DNA of 63,933 nt, counting the filler, from Choristocarpus tenellus KU-1152 (Eukaryota; Protista; Phaeophyceae): the NCBI GenBank assembly GCA_964200185.2. It is 13 parts of 13 records of this genome, joined end to end, with 100 filler letters (N's around TTAATTAATTAA, not from the genome) between each part and the next. Parts side by side here need not be neighbours in the genome. Positions count along the whole stretch, not along the records: positions 21,864 to 25,692 come from CAXNAD020017695.1; positions 25,793 to 28,712 come from CAXNAD020023655.1; positions 28,813 to 31,340 come from CAXNAD020027037.1; positions 31,441 to 38,020 come from CAXNAD020007825.1; 9 more parts are not named here. One strand, given 5' to 3'. Shown piece by piece: positions 23,681-36,952 of the stretch (its first letter is position 1; each line of letters starts with the position of its first letter). The translations under genes were made by a program, and so were the position numbers. Below the pieces are notes generated by a model. The model searched no databases. It saw only the letters and a list, made by a program, of their open reading frames with translations, and was not told the DNA's origin.

Positions 23681-25827
23681 ATGGGGAATTTTCTGAATTC
23701 TGTCGAAACTTTTCCCACAATATAGAAATCAATGCTCTCAAACCTTAGTGCTTCATCCCAAGAAATAGGCGTGAATCGAAGAAGATTAAGAAAGTGACTA
23801 AAAAGGGAAAACGGCCAAAACCTAGGTACCTCTCGTTTTTTGCCTCTGACTGAATGGTGTAGTTGAGTGTACCTTTGCTACATTGAACATGGAGATCTCC
23901 ATCAGGTAATAGCATTTAAAATAACAATAATAGTTTCAGTATGGAGCTGCTGTGAAAATTTAGGGGTTGAAAGAAGGTAGTGTGGCCAAGGCATCGGTTC
24001 TGGATCCATCCAAACAATGTGTAACTGCAGATTACGCAGAATACTTTATGCCTGGGAAGAAAACGGAGAGACATGTACCACACAGGCAAACAGACGTAAT
24101 GCAGGTCGAGGCTGTAGAGCAAAGGAATAAGCAAACTTTACAAGTATGTTAATCTCGTAGGTTCAATCGGCAGTGATGGTGATGTTGGCACTGAGAAACG
24201 TCGCCACATATCTAACGGGCAAGGTGGCAAACCGTTGGTGTACCACTCACTGAAGATTTGCATGCTAAGGCTAAAGTGCCTGAGGTTCTACTGGACGATT
24301 GCACGATATGGACACTCACCACAGATGACTATTGATGCACTCAGCTTAATCATTAGCACTGCCTCAGACTCTGTATACGGTAGCACACAGATCATCCCCT
24401 GTCGTACAGGGAAGCACCAGTGAGGGCTGGTTGCGACAGCATCAAAGGTGATTTATGTGTAGATGGGGTCCACTCTTTGTGGGTTTCTTGGTGGAGATGA
24501 ACAATCCTCGCTCACATAGCAATTATATTTGTGTGAATTAAAAAGCTGACTCAAAATGCAAAACGGGAAAACCTGCGTACCTCTTCCTTACTTTGGCTCT
24601 TTGTTTGGCGGGACAATACGCTGGCTAAAGTATCCCTCATAACGATCTACAATGAAATCGATACAATATCCTGCCATCCTATGACCCACCTAACACCGAT
24701 TTTACTTTTGGATAAAATGCTAAGTCAAGCCCCAAACGGACAAACAGGGCAACCTCGTACCCTCTAAGTTACTTTCCCTCATACAGAGCAACTGGCCCTC
24801 AAACCTTGCCCTGCCAATGAGGGTTAAAGAGGAATCGCCCCTACCATTATGGCACAAATATGGACGCGTTTTCGAAGGTAATGCTAGCGTGGTCATTATG
24901 CTTTGCGAGGTGTAACCCTTCGGTACCACTCCAATCTCTTCATTCGATGGAACATAAAGCTAAAAAGAAATCTATATTGTGCAGGCTGAGCAACATGGGC
25001 CTACAACAACAGTAGGTAATACTATACTCACAGGTCACTCACTCTGTATTACATTCAAGCAATACTCACTGACCTACCTGTAACTATGTGGTACCATTCT
25101 AGCAGGTGACCGGTAACTGCATGTTATTCGTAGGGGGGGGGAAATAGATGAAAGATCGAACTAATTGCAATATGGCGACATAATCACAAGCGCACTATGT
25201 GAAAGAACAGGAAACCACCCAGCCATGAAGGAATGAATCTGTTCAACTTGATTGAAAGTGTCTACCTAACCAAGGTGAACAGCATGAAAGCCCCGACCGC
25301 CAATTGCAGGAGGAGTGGTAAAGGAAAGAGACATAGCTCATTCCTTGTTCGTGTACCTCATGAAGGTTGAACAACAAAAAATCTACCCTAAGCAGTGGAA
25401 GGCATATATCTATATATATATAGTTCTTCACACCCAAATCAATTGAAAGGTAGGCAGGCTTGGACCCTTTTGCAACCTAAGTAATCTTGCTTACCCTGGG
25501 CGGCACACTCTTATTTCATTGCATTTTGTGCACAACGGTGTACCCAAAATTGGCTCAAAGTACCTGGGGGGGGTGGCGGCTGTCCATTTGGGGTCAATTT
25601 TTTCATATCGCGGTTTTGGGGTGATTTGGTTGCATACGTCGGATGGATAATGTAAATGCACTTTTCCTTGTTTTGGTATAAATAGACCCCCTNNNNNNNN
25701 NNNNNNNNNNNNNNNNNNNNNNNNNNNNNNNNNNNNTTAATTAATTAANNNNNNNNNNNNNNNNNNNNNNNNNNNNNNNNNNNNNNNNNNNNCTGGTACA
25801 TTATCCCATCAAAATCAGTTTTATATT

Positions 25828-26008
25828 AACTGAACGTATCTGGGGGGGGGGGGGGGTCTACACCAGGGTGTTCATTCGTGACCTGACCAGGAGAAGTGAA
25901 CTTACATTATCCATCCGACTCATGCAACCAAATCACCCAAAAATCGTGCCATGGAAAAAAGGACCCCAAATGGATAGCCACCCCCACCCCCCCCAGATAA
26001 TTTGAGCT
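25828..26008 (+). mobile_element. Apparently complete short family D MITE
   Basis: GTATCTG(G)n GTCTACACCAGGGT ... (C)n AGATAATTTGAGC; inner sequence shared with 28683 and 38121. Confidence 0.55.
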
Positions 26009-27330
26009 ATTGACACTGAAATGGTGTATATTCTCTGGTATACAAAGGACTGGCATAAGCCGCTCAGGTGGGGCTTGCCCCATGCACGCAATCAAAACCC
26101 TTTTCAAATCTGTAGACCAGAGTAGCATGGTCAGTATAAACCCCTCTATATTGCAGTGACACAACTGGAAAGGTTGATCCCGAACAAAGAACATTGCAGT
26201 TATAACATACCTTGTACTGGTGGAGATTACTTCATCCCTTAAAATGTTGATACTGGTGGGAGCTGCTAGCCCATCTTTGGAGCAACAGGTTGCAGGAATA
26301 AGGACAACTCCAACCTCGGAAAAAGATACACAGAAGCAACAGCTTTTTTTCTAATGTATTCTATTTCGACAGTGCTGTGCGCTACCCTTATTGCCGAGCC
26401 TAGCACTCGAACGGCATTGTCCGCGTTGAAAATGGAGATATCAAAAGGGAGGGTAATTGCCTAATAAAAACTGTGAGATTGTGACCTGCTGGTCCCTTGA
26501 TGGATCGGATGCCACACCGACCTTGTTCTCACAGTCTGATGGTGCTGACGATGTTGCTAATCAGACTTTGGAGGAGATAAGATGTGGTTGTAAACTCAAT
26601 GTTGAGGAATACGTTGCTCCATGAGGAGCGTTATTCCTTTGTCAAGCATGTACCAGTAGTATGGAAAAGAGGGGAGGGCGTGACTCTCTAGGTGTGTATT
26701 ATCTTGTGGAACTTCGTACGACATATGTTTAAGAGGGGGGGAGAGTCGGACTTGTATGATGGCGATGTTGGGCCATCCTCCGAGAAGAGAGGAAGTCCAT
26801 CCTTCTTCTGGTGTATGATAAAATTGACAATGCAGTCCATCTGGAGTGTTAAGGTGCCTAAGTAAGGGGGTGTTCACGCCTAAAGTTGTTGTAGATCAGA
26901 TGTGTGTGTACGAGTTTGTGACCCAGGAAACCTTTGTTCTGTCCGATGTCCTCATCTTATTCCTAATTATTGTCAAGAATGGATGATATGAGTGAAAGCA
27001 CGGTATTGTTTGTTGTTTCAGCAGTCTTGACTTAGTGGATAAGGCGAATGCCTGCAAAGTGTAGTATTGTACGCTTGATGTCGAGGAAAGTTTGAAATTC
27101 TTCGCGATTTTGAGTTTTCTTCCAATTTCAGTTTGTGAAAGGGACAAATGTCATACTGTCATTTGTGTAGTTGATGTGTCTACACTAAGGTTGTTGTGTT
27201 GAGGTCAGGGATGTTTGATGGATGCGAGTCTGTAACCTAACAGAAAACTTGTGTGTTCCATCCACGTTTGTTCTGAAGTCGTTTTTACATTAGATGCTAT
27301 CATCAAAGGAGAGCCATAACTGTAGCGGTA

Positions 27331-27403
27331 GCCCTCGTGGCCCAATGGATAAGGCGTACGCCTACGAAGCGTAAGATTGCGGGTTCGATCCCCGCCGAGG
27401 GTT
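27331..27403 (+). tRNA. tRNA-Arg (anticodon ACG)
   Basis: GCCCTCG-TGGCCCAATGGATAAGGCG-TACGC CT ACG AA GCGTA-AGATT-GCGGG TTCGATC CCCGC-CGAGGGT T, running into a T-tract. Confidence 0.96.
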
Positions 27404-29415
27404 TTGTTGTGGAGTGGATCTCATCATTTTTCTTAGATCACAACGAAATTCTGGGTTATAATCTATCTCCCCTCCCTCACTCTTCTTCCAAAAATTACAA
27501 CAATTGCAACATGTATCCCTACATGTTACTGTGTTAGGGAGTGGACCTCCAGGGCTTGTTCATTGATGTTTGGGGAACTGAAGAATTAAAGCACTGAAGT
27601 GGTTTTGTGCTCCTGCAGGCTTATAATGTAATATATTCTATACACAGGCTGCCATCTCTCTGTCGATCTGTTCGTCCACATTGTCCTCCCCTCTTAACTA
27701 TTCTCTTTTTCATTCTTCCTCAATCTCTAACACCCAAAAATGTCATTTTCCGTCCCAGGGGGAGCAATGATATTCTCCTCCCTCACCTCTCCTCTTCATC
27801 TTCCTTGTTTACCTCTAGCTTCAACTTCTTCATCCAGGCACAATTGCAGCTTCATTCGATGCTAGGAGGTCGGTCTTCGCCTTTTTTCTCTATCACACAT
27901 TTAGCCCCTTGTCCACATGGCTTCCCAAACTTTCGCTTCCCCATGACCCAGCCTGTCGAAATCTGGGATTGACGTTTTGCGAAGGGGAATCGTGTGAGGC
28001 TCAGAACCTGTTGGACCTGGGATTGAATGAACGCGCTCTTGTACGGTGGCAGGTTGGTTGTGGTGAAGGGGTGTCATATTGCAATGAAGCACTGGTGAAT
28101 TCGTGCTGATGAACCTAGTGAAATGCTTTGCACGGTCAGAGGTTATCTGGTACAGCGATGTAGTGTACAATAAAAGGAAGAGATACATGCTCGGTGCAGA
28201 GGTTTGCCACCTTGTAAAGACGGGTTTCTGAGTATGTTTTAACTCTGCGTGTATGACATCCAGTTGGGTGTCAGGTACACTTAGTGCAGGGTGAACTCGA
28301 GGTCTAAGTGGGGGCAAAGCCAACCAGAGAAAAAAGAATATTATATGAGACACAACTGATGGTTCTGATGTGAAGAAAAAAAACAAAGAAACAAAGTTGA
28401 ATCAATATATGGGACAATTCATATCGCACATACTATGCTTGTATATTTGGTAGATGTCAACTGTTCCGTACTTCCTATGCACCCTCGGGTTCTAAAAGTA
28501 ATTGGTGATCCTATGATGAAGAAAATGTGAGTAACGACCAGTACCAATGTGCCAATCAACAGTCAGTGTGAACTGGTAATACTTCATCGTATCAATGACA
28601 CAAAAGATGAGTAGCTTATGTTTTAACACTTCACGCCCTCCAAGGGTATTCTGACCCAAAGTATCTGAGAGGGGGGGGGGGGGTCTACACCAGGGTTTCC
28701 ATTTGGACCAAANNNNNNNNNNNNNNNNNNNNNNNNNNNNNNNNNNNNNNNNNNNNTTAATTAATTAANNNNNNNNNNNNNNNNNNNNNNNNNNNNNNNN
28801 NNNNNNNNNNNNATCCATAATGACAATGAAACACTGTCCCAAAAAAAAAACTTCGAAGTACTATTTTTTTCTACCACCTCCACCATCGACTGTCAAACGA
28901 CTCCACCCACCGCACTAATTATTCAAGCAAGCAAGCCAACGCAGGGCATACATGTACACGACGATCAAACGAAATCATTGCCCCCCCCACACACTGTCCT
29001 ACTACCACCTTCAGGATGGATTCCCATTCGTAACGGGGCCCTTAAAAAGTGCCGCAACATTTTCAAAAAAAACATATGGGCACTTTCCGCGCAACATTTT
29101 GGGTCAAACTCATCCTCCATAAAATGCTCCATCCTCAATTTTGGTGATCGGCTGTTATATGTGTATGTATATCATATGCATGGGTTTAGCATGAACAGAA
29201 AATGTCTCATTAAGCTGGTTTCAAGCTTTTGATGGGGATGCTGTGCTTGTGACACGACTACTGTACAGCCCACCTTTTACACCCCACTAGTATGTCATGT
29301 GCCTTCGCGGACCTGTGATGACACCATCCTCCTTTGTTTACCTTATTATTATCTGGGTTCACGAATGAATGACTCATCGCCCGCATAGAGAGGTTCACCA
29401 TTGTCGTGAACTACA

Positions 29416-29675
29416 GAGCCAAAGTATGTTAGAGGGTGGGGCCTAGTCCATTTGGGGTCAAATTCCAAAGTTGTGATTTTGATATAATTTAGGCTATCGT
29501 GTTTGTTGGGAAGTGTCAATATCCATGTTCCGGACGCACCTTTTCATGACTTACACATTTTACCTACTCCGAAACATTTTGGAGTAGGAAAATGTCAAAA
29601 AAAATACGCCATGGGAAGTCTGGCCCCAAATAGACAAACAGGGCAAAACTCGTACCCTCTAAGGTACTTTCACTC
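29416..29675 (-). mobile_element. MITE family C with 3-bp target-site duplication ACA
   Basis: TIRs present; ACA at 29413-29415 and 29676-29678. Confidence 0.85.
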
Positions 29676-29994
29676 ACAAGAAGTTCGGCACAGAAACAAT
29701 TTTCTCCACAAAAATGATGTCCTCCATGGGTACACATTTTTGGTCCTGTTTGGGAGTTACATATTGAATTCGAAAGGTCACCCTTTGTTTGTAATTCGTG
29801 ATAAAATAGGGATTTGTTCATACCCACACACATACAATTTCAGACGCGCGAGCAGGACACTCTTGCGCACGGACAATATTTCTGAGCAGTCTTGACCTCA
29901 GTATGTATTTTTTTCTTTAATATTTGCCATACTTCAGTTAGGGATTATCCCGACTGGTGGTCAGAGTCACTACACTTTTCACTACGACTATTTT

Positions 29995-30470
29995 TTCTGC
30001 GCCTTCATTCCTGCCTTGCTACTGGTATGTTGGTTTCAGCACTCCCACTACTCACCACTTTATCTCCTCCCTCGAATCTTCTGCTTGACCAGCCCCCAAG
30101 TTTTTCCACCTTGATCTTGGTACGGGATTTTTTGTGGTAGAGGACAGATAGGACAGTGCAGGTTTAAGATCCGCTATGTTTGCTACATGGAATGCCAACA
30201 TTGAAAACAGATTTTCGTGCAAAAAAAGTCTGACTTCTAAGGGACCCAAGCCGCCTAATTCATGTAGACCACCGCAGCCTTCACCACTGACCCACCAAAG
30301 ATGCTTGGTGGACTGCCGAGAACCAAAAGTACTTTAACGGACGGGAAAATAAACGAAAAACAGGAAGGGTTCCACACCTTGCCAGAGTTTTTAAAGTATC
30401 ATATGTGGGATTTCTCGGTACCTCCCAACAACTTCCGTACGTCACACGTCCTTCATGTGTAATGTACATG
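29995..30470 (-). mobile_element. Probable hAT transposase dimerisation-domain remnant
   Basis: Broken frames give W...YDTLKTLAR and LEVRLFLHEN, resembling the hAT C-terminal consensus; second copy near 19870. Confidence 0.35.
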
Positions 30471-33400
30471 CGTTTCTTGGTAGAGACACACCAGGCAAGT
30501 GGCCAAGAAGGGGGCCTGACAGATCTTGGGACGCTTCCCCTACCTCCTCACCCACCTTTGTAGGGCTCAGCTTGGTTAGAAGCATGGCACTGTACACATT
30601 GCTTTGTGGTGAACGACCTTTTAGGGGGCATTGTTGTAGTGGTAGGTTTCAAATACCCTAGTACAATCTTGTTACATAGATTTTATTGGTACTGTTATTG
30701 CTGTATTTGATATTATTATTTATCATCCATTATTCTGAGGGATCCCACGCCATTGGTCGAAAAATTAGTCCAAAGAAGGAAACACCCAATAGTAGCAGTC
30801 AGCAGTTGAGAATAAATAGGTAATAAAACCATGAAAGAAAACAAAGCAGTAAAAAGAAAAAACCAAAAGAGAACATAATCCTTCAGAGAAGACACCATCA
30901 CCCAACAAAACATAAGGGAAAGAGAAGAAAGAGAATGAACAGAGAATGCAGGAGAATAAGCCCACAAAGAAAACAAAAAATCAGCAGACAGTGATGGTGG
31001 ACGTGTTGGAGGCTTGGCCGACCTTAGCTGCTGCTTTGGTATGACGCATATTGGCTATCTCCTTCCATCATGAAACTTGTTATGCTGTTAGTGATAAACT
31101 CATACCACTCATGTTGGTTAATGACCTTCATGCTGCAATAACCACCAACTCCGCACCCAAACTTGTCGAGGTAATCTAGGAGACATGTCCACCAGTTCTT
31201 CTCCTGTCGGTTCTTGTCTCCTTTTTCGATTTGTGACCCAAAGTATCTGGGGGGGGGGGGGGGGGGGGGGGGGGGACCGGCCCGGGTGTCGGGATGTGTT
31301 CGCGGAAAGGAGCAGGGGCGGCTTTTTTTTTATCCAACACNNNNNNNNNNNNNNNNNNNNNNNNNNNNNNNNNNNNNNNNNNNNTTAATTAATTAANNNN
31401 NNNNNNNNNNNNNNNNNNNNNNNNNNNNNNNNNNNNNNNNCGTCACCAATGACAATGAAATGTGCACGCAATACCTTTGTGTGTGCGCGCGGGTGTGTAT
31501 TTGGGCTAAGATCAGCTCCCGAAGGGACCTGTCCGTCACACTCATATTTGATACTTATTGTTGTTTCTTGTGTGAAAAAAAAGGTATCTGACAAACACTC
31601 AACAGGGTCAAGAAATGCAATATATGGTCGCTGAAGAATTTTTGAAGTGGACTGGTAAGGATGCATGTTTTGCCTTTGACGATGTCCACAGAAAGAGGGC
31701 CAGTCATAAATGTGCCCTTGCTGAACTGGACAGGGTGCACAGCCTTGAGTTAAGCATGTGCTGCGAGGATAAAGGAGAAAAGGAACCAGTCATCCACCTA
31801 CTTGATAAACTTCAACCGCACATACTTGAACGGCATGCATACCTACCATCAACAATGCTGGCATTTGTGGCAGAAAAAAGACTCCGCAAGAATCTTGTAA
31901 TCTGGGTTGCCAACAAAGATCCACGCCGGGGTCCTTGTCCTACCTCTTCTCATCCTACTACTCCTCATTACCAAAACAATAAATTCCTGAAGATTCATCT
32001 ATTAATGGGGAAATAACTAGGCAGGATGGGCTTCGCTCTGCTTGGTGCAAATGGCATCGTGCACATCAGAATATACAACTGTCACAATGAGACTGATTCT
32101 GATGTAAAATGGTGGGTGCATGGGGGAGAGCAGTCACTGTGTGCTCTTTCTCCGGAAAAAGGAAGAGTAACTGGAGGAATAGCAGTCCATACATAGATAG
32201 CAGTAGTACTAGTACTACTACTAGTAGTAATAATGGTGGATGGGTGGATGGGTGGATGGGTGGATGGGTGGATGGGTGTGTGGGGTGTGTGGGCAAGGTT
32301 ACTTCTATTACTATCTCATACTTTTGTTGTTCTTGTACTAACCCCATTTTTTTCAAACTACTTACCTACTATTTCTTCTTCTTGGTGGTGCTGCTTGCTG
32401 TCCAGAAAGTAGTACGACGAATACATTGATTGGAGGGTGTTCTGTTATTTGTCGTAGTAGTGCTACTTGTTTATTGGACTGAGCGAAATCTGAGTAGAAG
32501 TAGTTTGGTAGTTGTGATTGTAGCATATAATATTATGTACTTGGGTAGGGCAGTAGTGCATATTTTCACAGTAGTGAATTTGATACCTGGCACAACATTG
32601 TGAATAGTACCTCATCAACCATCAGGATATGATTGAGGTCTGCATATAATCGCTTGCCTGGTGATGGCGGCCCGCATGTTGCACACTCTGTTTCTCTTTT
32701 TTTTGTTCCCGAAATATGAGATGATTATGTTGAACGGTCGTAGTTGTGATGTGACAGCCTTACTTGTTCTCATAGATGAGTTGTTATTTGAGTGAATGAA
32801 CGAGGGAGTAGAGAAGATGTATGTACGTATGACCCCCCTACAAACAACACTAACAACAACATGAATAGGGACCATCAAGTAGGAAGAGGACCGACTAATA
32901 ATGACAAACAACCACACACACTCATATGCGAACTCTTAACAACAAAATCAAGAGGCAAAATGGTGAGTCCAACGACTACACAAGAAGAAGAAGAGTACGA
33001 GCAACAACTAACTGGAACAATCTTCAAGAAAGAAGCGAACGAAGCTCAGTTAATTACTTCTCTTCTGTTACGACTCCCTGTTAATATAATGACTTACCCA
33101 CCATAATAACCTTAAGGAACGTATGTCCAATGGATCCTCCATGTAAAACAAAAAATGTCCTTCATCGTGTTCGTTTACCCACTTCAACCTACATCCATTC
33201 TGGCCAACAGATTTTTAGAAGGAAAGAAATTTCGAACAGAGTTCCGCGCTCTCTGCAGCCAGGAACGGTGGCGCGAAATTTGTCGGAATCCGCGTGAAGC
33301 TGTTAGCTATCTGATAATATATTTAACTTTGGTCGTTGCCAAAGAGTTGCAGAAGAAATTATCTTAGAGTTGGAGGAAGGATATAGCCAGTTCCAACCAC

Positions 33401-34789
33401 TCACCAATGTTTTGCTGATTGTTGGTCTCTGCGTCCATATCTCCGTGCCAATTTCAAGGAATTAAATTGAAAGGGGCATAGGGAAGGAGTCCCCCCTCCC
33501 CTACTTGGACCACCCGAGTGGAAGATGGATAGGAGATAAACCCAACTTCAAACACCCGCAGGACTCCGAAAATAATCAATAGAAGGGATTCCTCACAAGA
33601 AAATTGTGGAATCGACTAAATACAAATCCCCTTTTTTTTGCTTGGTCCACTTCTCAGGAAATCAAAAAGGAAAACAAACTCAACATTCCCTTTCAAGTGC
33701 TTGTGAAATGAGGCACGAACCTATGCAAAGGGTAGCTCAAGGCAAGATGAACTCATTGAAGTCAATGGGTGGATGTCCGATTCAGTGTGTCATACGGTCG
33801 CAAACCTGTTGTTTCCATGTTGTGCCCTGCCCCGCGCCTCCCTTGTCAAGGGTCCTTGTTCTGAGCTTCAAGTGGCTATATGTGAGCACACCACGAAGCG
33901 GACTAGGCTGGTTGGTCGGACATTCTGCGTCAAGTATCTAAAGCATGGGCAGCATTTTTGACCATGATGTTCTTAAGCAGTCTGACTGACTGTGGCGCAT
34001 CTGATGAGATGGTGTTGGCAGGCCTCATTGAGTATAGATATTCTGTCCACATATGTGCTGGAGGTCGTTTTGCTGTGTGATCTGAGGCATCGTGCTTTGA
34101 GCTGTGTGTGAGTAAAGGATATATCTGCAACGTTAGATGTACTCATTTCTTTTGAGTGGACGGTACTATGTAAATCACCTCAATAGGTTGATCCTTGTGG
34201 TGAAATAATCCAGTAGTACTTGACTTCCCCACATCCCTACACAATCCTACACCGCCACCCTTCCAGTTGGAAGCTGACACGAGATGTGAGGGTTGAGCCA
34301 ATGAAGAGTCCCTGGGCCCTCCTGCTACACTCTAATAGGGAGGACTTCCAACAGCTACATGTCTCCCCAAGCCCGACTGGTAAAATGGGAGGGCTCCTTC
34401 ACCCTGTTATCTCCTCAGGATAGAGCAAGCATGTGCTTATCAACTTCCTACCAACCAGGATCAACATGATTGAACATGATTGAGTCTTGCACTGAGGTAT
34501 GTGCAAGGTTCCTTGGTCAGATGTGTGGCTTGCCCAAGGCATGGTCATCGCACCTGGGCAAGGTGCATGAAGCAGTGGTTGTGAGCAACGATGCTATAGG
34601 ACCAGAATGCGGGGGTGGTGACGTGCAAGGTTGTAGGTTTTCTGGTTTTTTGTGGTGACTCTTGTCCTGTTTTCTTGGCTACCTATTTTCCTGCATAGGT
34701 GTGCCTCAACAACGTGTTGTACTGTGTGTGACCTGCTTCGAGTTCAGTTTTGTTGGTTTATATGTGTGGTTTTCTGGGTACTTTCCATT

Positions 34790-35100
34790 GTTAAATGTGA
34801 GTTGGTATGGTAAAGGGAGTGAAGTGGTATGGTGAAGAGTACATTTAAGAGGGTATGAAGGAGTAATGTGTGAGGTGGCCTGCTTAGGTGTCTTTCAGTG
34901 TGTTCTCCTTTGGTAATCATTATTGCTAGGAACACTGATGCACAAACATCGTTGATAATGTGTCTTCTCAATGCTTTTCCTCCATAAATATGGAATTTTC
35001 TGATGCAGGACGGAAGAATTTGCCCATTTCCTGTATGATTTTTTTGTCTTATGGTCACCTCTAGCCGCAAGTTCTATATGTAGAAGATGCAGCACAGATC
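34790..35100 (-). mobile_element. Degenerate LINE reverse transcriptase fragment
   Basis: KNHTGNGQILPSCIRK..GGKALRRHIIN..IMITKG..RP..LLHTL resembles the N-terminal motifs of LINE RT. Confidence 0.4.
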
Positions 35101-35539
35101 TAAGGTCCTCAAATTTTAGAATGTTCCTGGCTCTGTGCATTGTCATGTTGTGGCTCTGCAGACAGGCTATTTTTGTTGTGTTGATGTAGCTCCTGTTAAT
35201 GCCGTTCACGTGTTCCAAAATAATGTGTGCCTCAACAGGCAGACCCAGTTCAGGTTCTATTTTGTTAGTTATGGATTCACCTGGTTCGTTATATTAATAT
35301 GTGGTTATGCATTAAGCATATTTGTGATTAGGGAAATTGGGACTGGGGATTCATTTATCCTAGGCCATGTCAGAGATGTATGCTTTGTAACTTTCGAACC
35401 AGACCTCCAAAAGGAACACGCGTATGCTCAGATTAGGCCAGATGCTAACTGAGTCTGATGGTATTTTGTGGACTTAGCAACAGATCCTCCCAAGAAAAAC
35501 AAGGATATTTGTTTTTATCTATTTTGGGTCTAGTTGGTG

Positions 35540-35540
<1 letters not shown>

Positions 35541-35582
<42 letters not shown>
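35541..35582. repeat. (TA)n microsatellite
   Basis: Direct observation. Confidence 0.95.
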
Positions 35583-35587
<5 letters not shown>

Positions 35588-35679
35588 AAGGTGTATACTC
35601 TGATTTGGTCAAGTGCGCGTCCGTTGACTCCGACTGTGTCATAAGTCTTCTGGACATTCATTCCCCCCAAAACAAAGAG

Positions 35680-36952
35680 ATATGTCGATCATTATTCGAA
35701 ACAACTGGTTAGTTTGGAACTAGAATCTGTGTGTTGGAAAATACCGGCTTAGTTTGAACTGGAGTCCCTGTGAAACCCATTTAGAGAGCCTGTGTTGGAT
35801 ACAACTGACTAATTTGGAACTAGAGTCCCTCTGTCATCCAATGGCAACCAATACATACTGCTGTAGCACGATTGAGGTGACAGATGATATCCATTGTTTT
35901 AACACATGACAATCGCCTGTGATAAGCGTGAAACATAGATACCTAGTTCATGCTGGGGGGCATGTTACAGGCGAACAGCATGTCTGCTTTTGAGCTGTAA
36001 CCAGTGTGAGCAGCCTTACTATGACATTGATGGATGATATCTATTTCTTAACACAAGACAATTACCTGTGGTAAGCGTGAAACATGTATACTTATTTCAC
36101 GCCAGAGGGCATGTTGCAGGTGAATATTATGTCTGCTTTCATGCTCTAGCCAGTGTGAGCAGTCTTACTATGACGTTCTCTATTTTGTTGTTGTTGGACA
36201 TTTTTGTCTGTATTTGTTAAGACGTTCTTGTGTCTTCATTTGGTTTTGTTGATACTTGCGAAGGGGAGAGCCTTGTTGTGACATTCCCTATTTTATGCGA
36301 ATGTTAGACTTTTTTGTCTATATTTATTGAGACATTATTCTTGTGTCTTGTTTATGTTCGTGTTGACGGTTTTGAAGGGGGATTATCTTTCTATGACCCC
36401 ACCCTATCTCAGTGTTATTGTGATGTTGTGTCTATATTCGTTTGTATTGAGAATTATGAAGGGAGAGAGTATTGCTATGACACTCCCTATTTTTCTGTCA
36501 TCTGGAGGCATTTGTGTTTATTTGTTTATATGTTCCTCTTTCCTAAGGAGGGCTAGCATTTCCATGGCAGGACCCTATTCTTGTTGGTAACCGTGAGACA
36601 TTGTCTTGGTGTCCTGTAGTTGTTTGTGTATATAGTTATGAAGGGGAGAGTCTATAGCCGTATGCAAGTTTGTCAAGAATATGCTTTTCATTCATGTGTA
36701 AAAGAAGATTCTGTAGAAGAAACACAACCTAAGGATGACGAGACAATGTTTGTATTCTGAAGGTTAGGAGAACTGTTTGGATTTAGGAACTACAATATGG
36801 AAGAGTTCTGGAGTAGTAGGAAGCATTGTTCGAGGTGATCTGTGATTAGAGATTACTGATCTCATAGAATATTAATGATTTGGTGACAAGGACATCCCCC
36901 CTCCCCGCGCGGATGGTGTTTCTCACTCTCCGACTTTCTATCTACTGTAACA
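35680..36952 (+). mobile_element. LTR family B: 3' internal region, PPT and putative LTR of about 1 kb (35963-36952)
   Basis: GCTGGGGGGCA-TGTTACAGGCG at 35963 and CTGTAACA at 36945-36952. PPT/LTR junction duplicated at about 36050-36175. Homologous to 12165-12560; the 3' part resembles about 18500-18600. Confidence 0.5.

Noticed and set aside
31615-32016. 133-aa ORF faintly resembling an OTU protease C-terminus
   Set aside because: Catalytic motifs are not recognisable; similarity is too weak.
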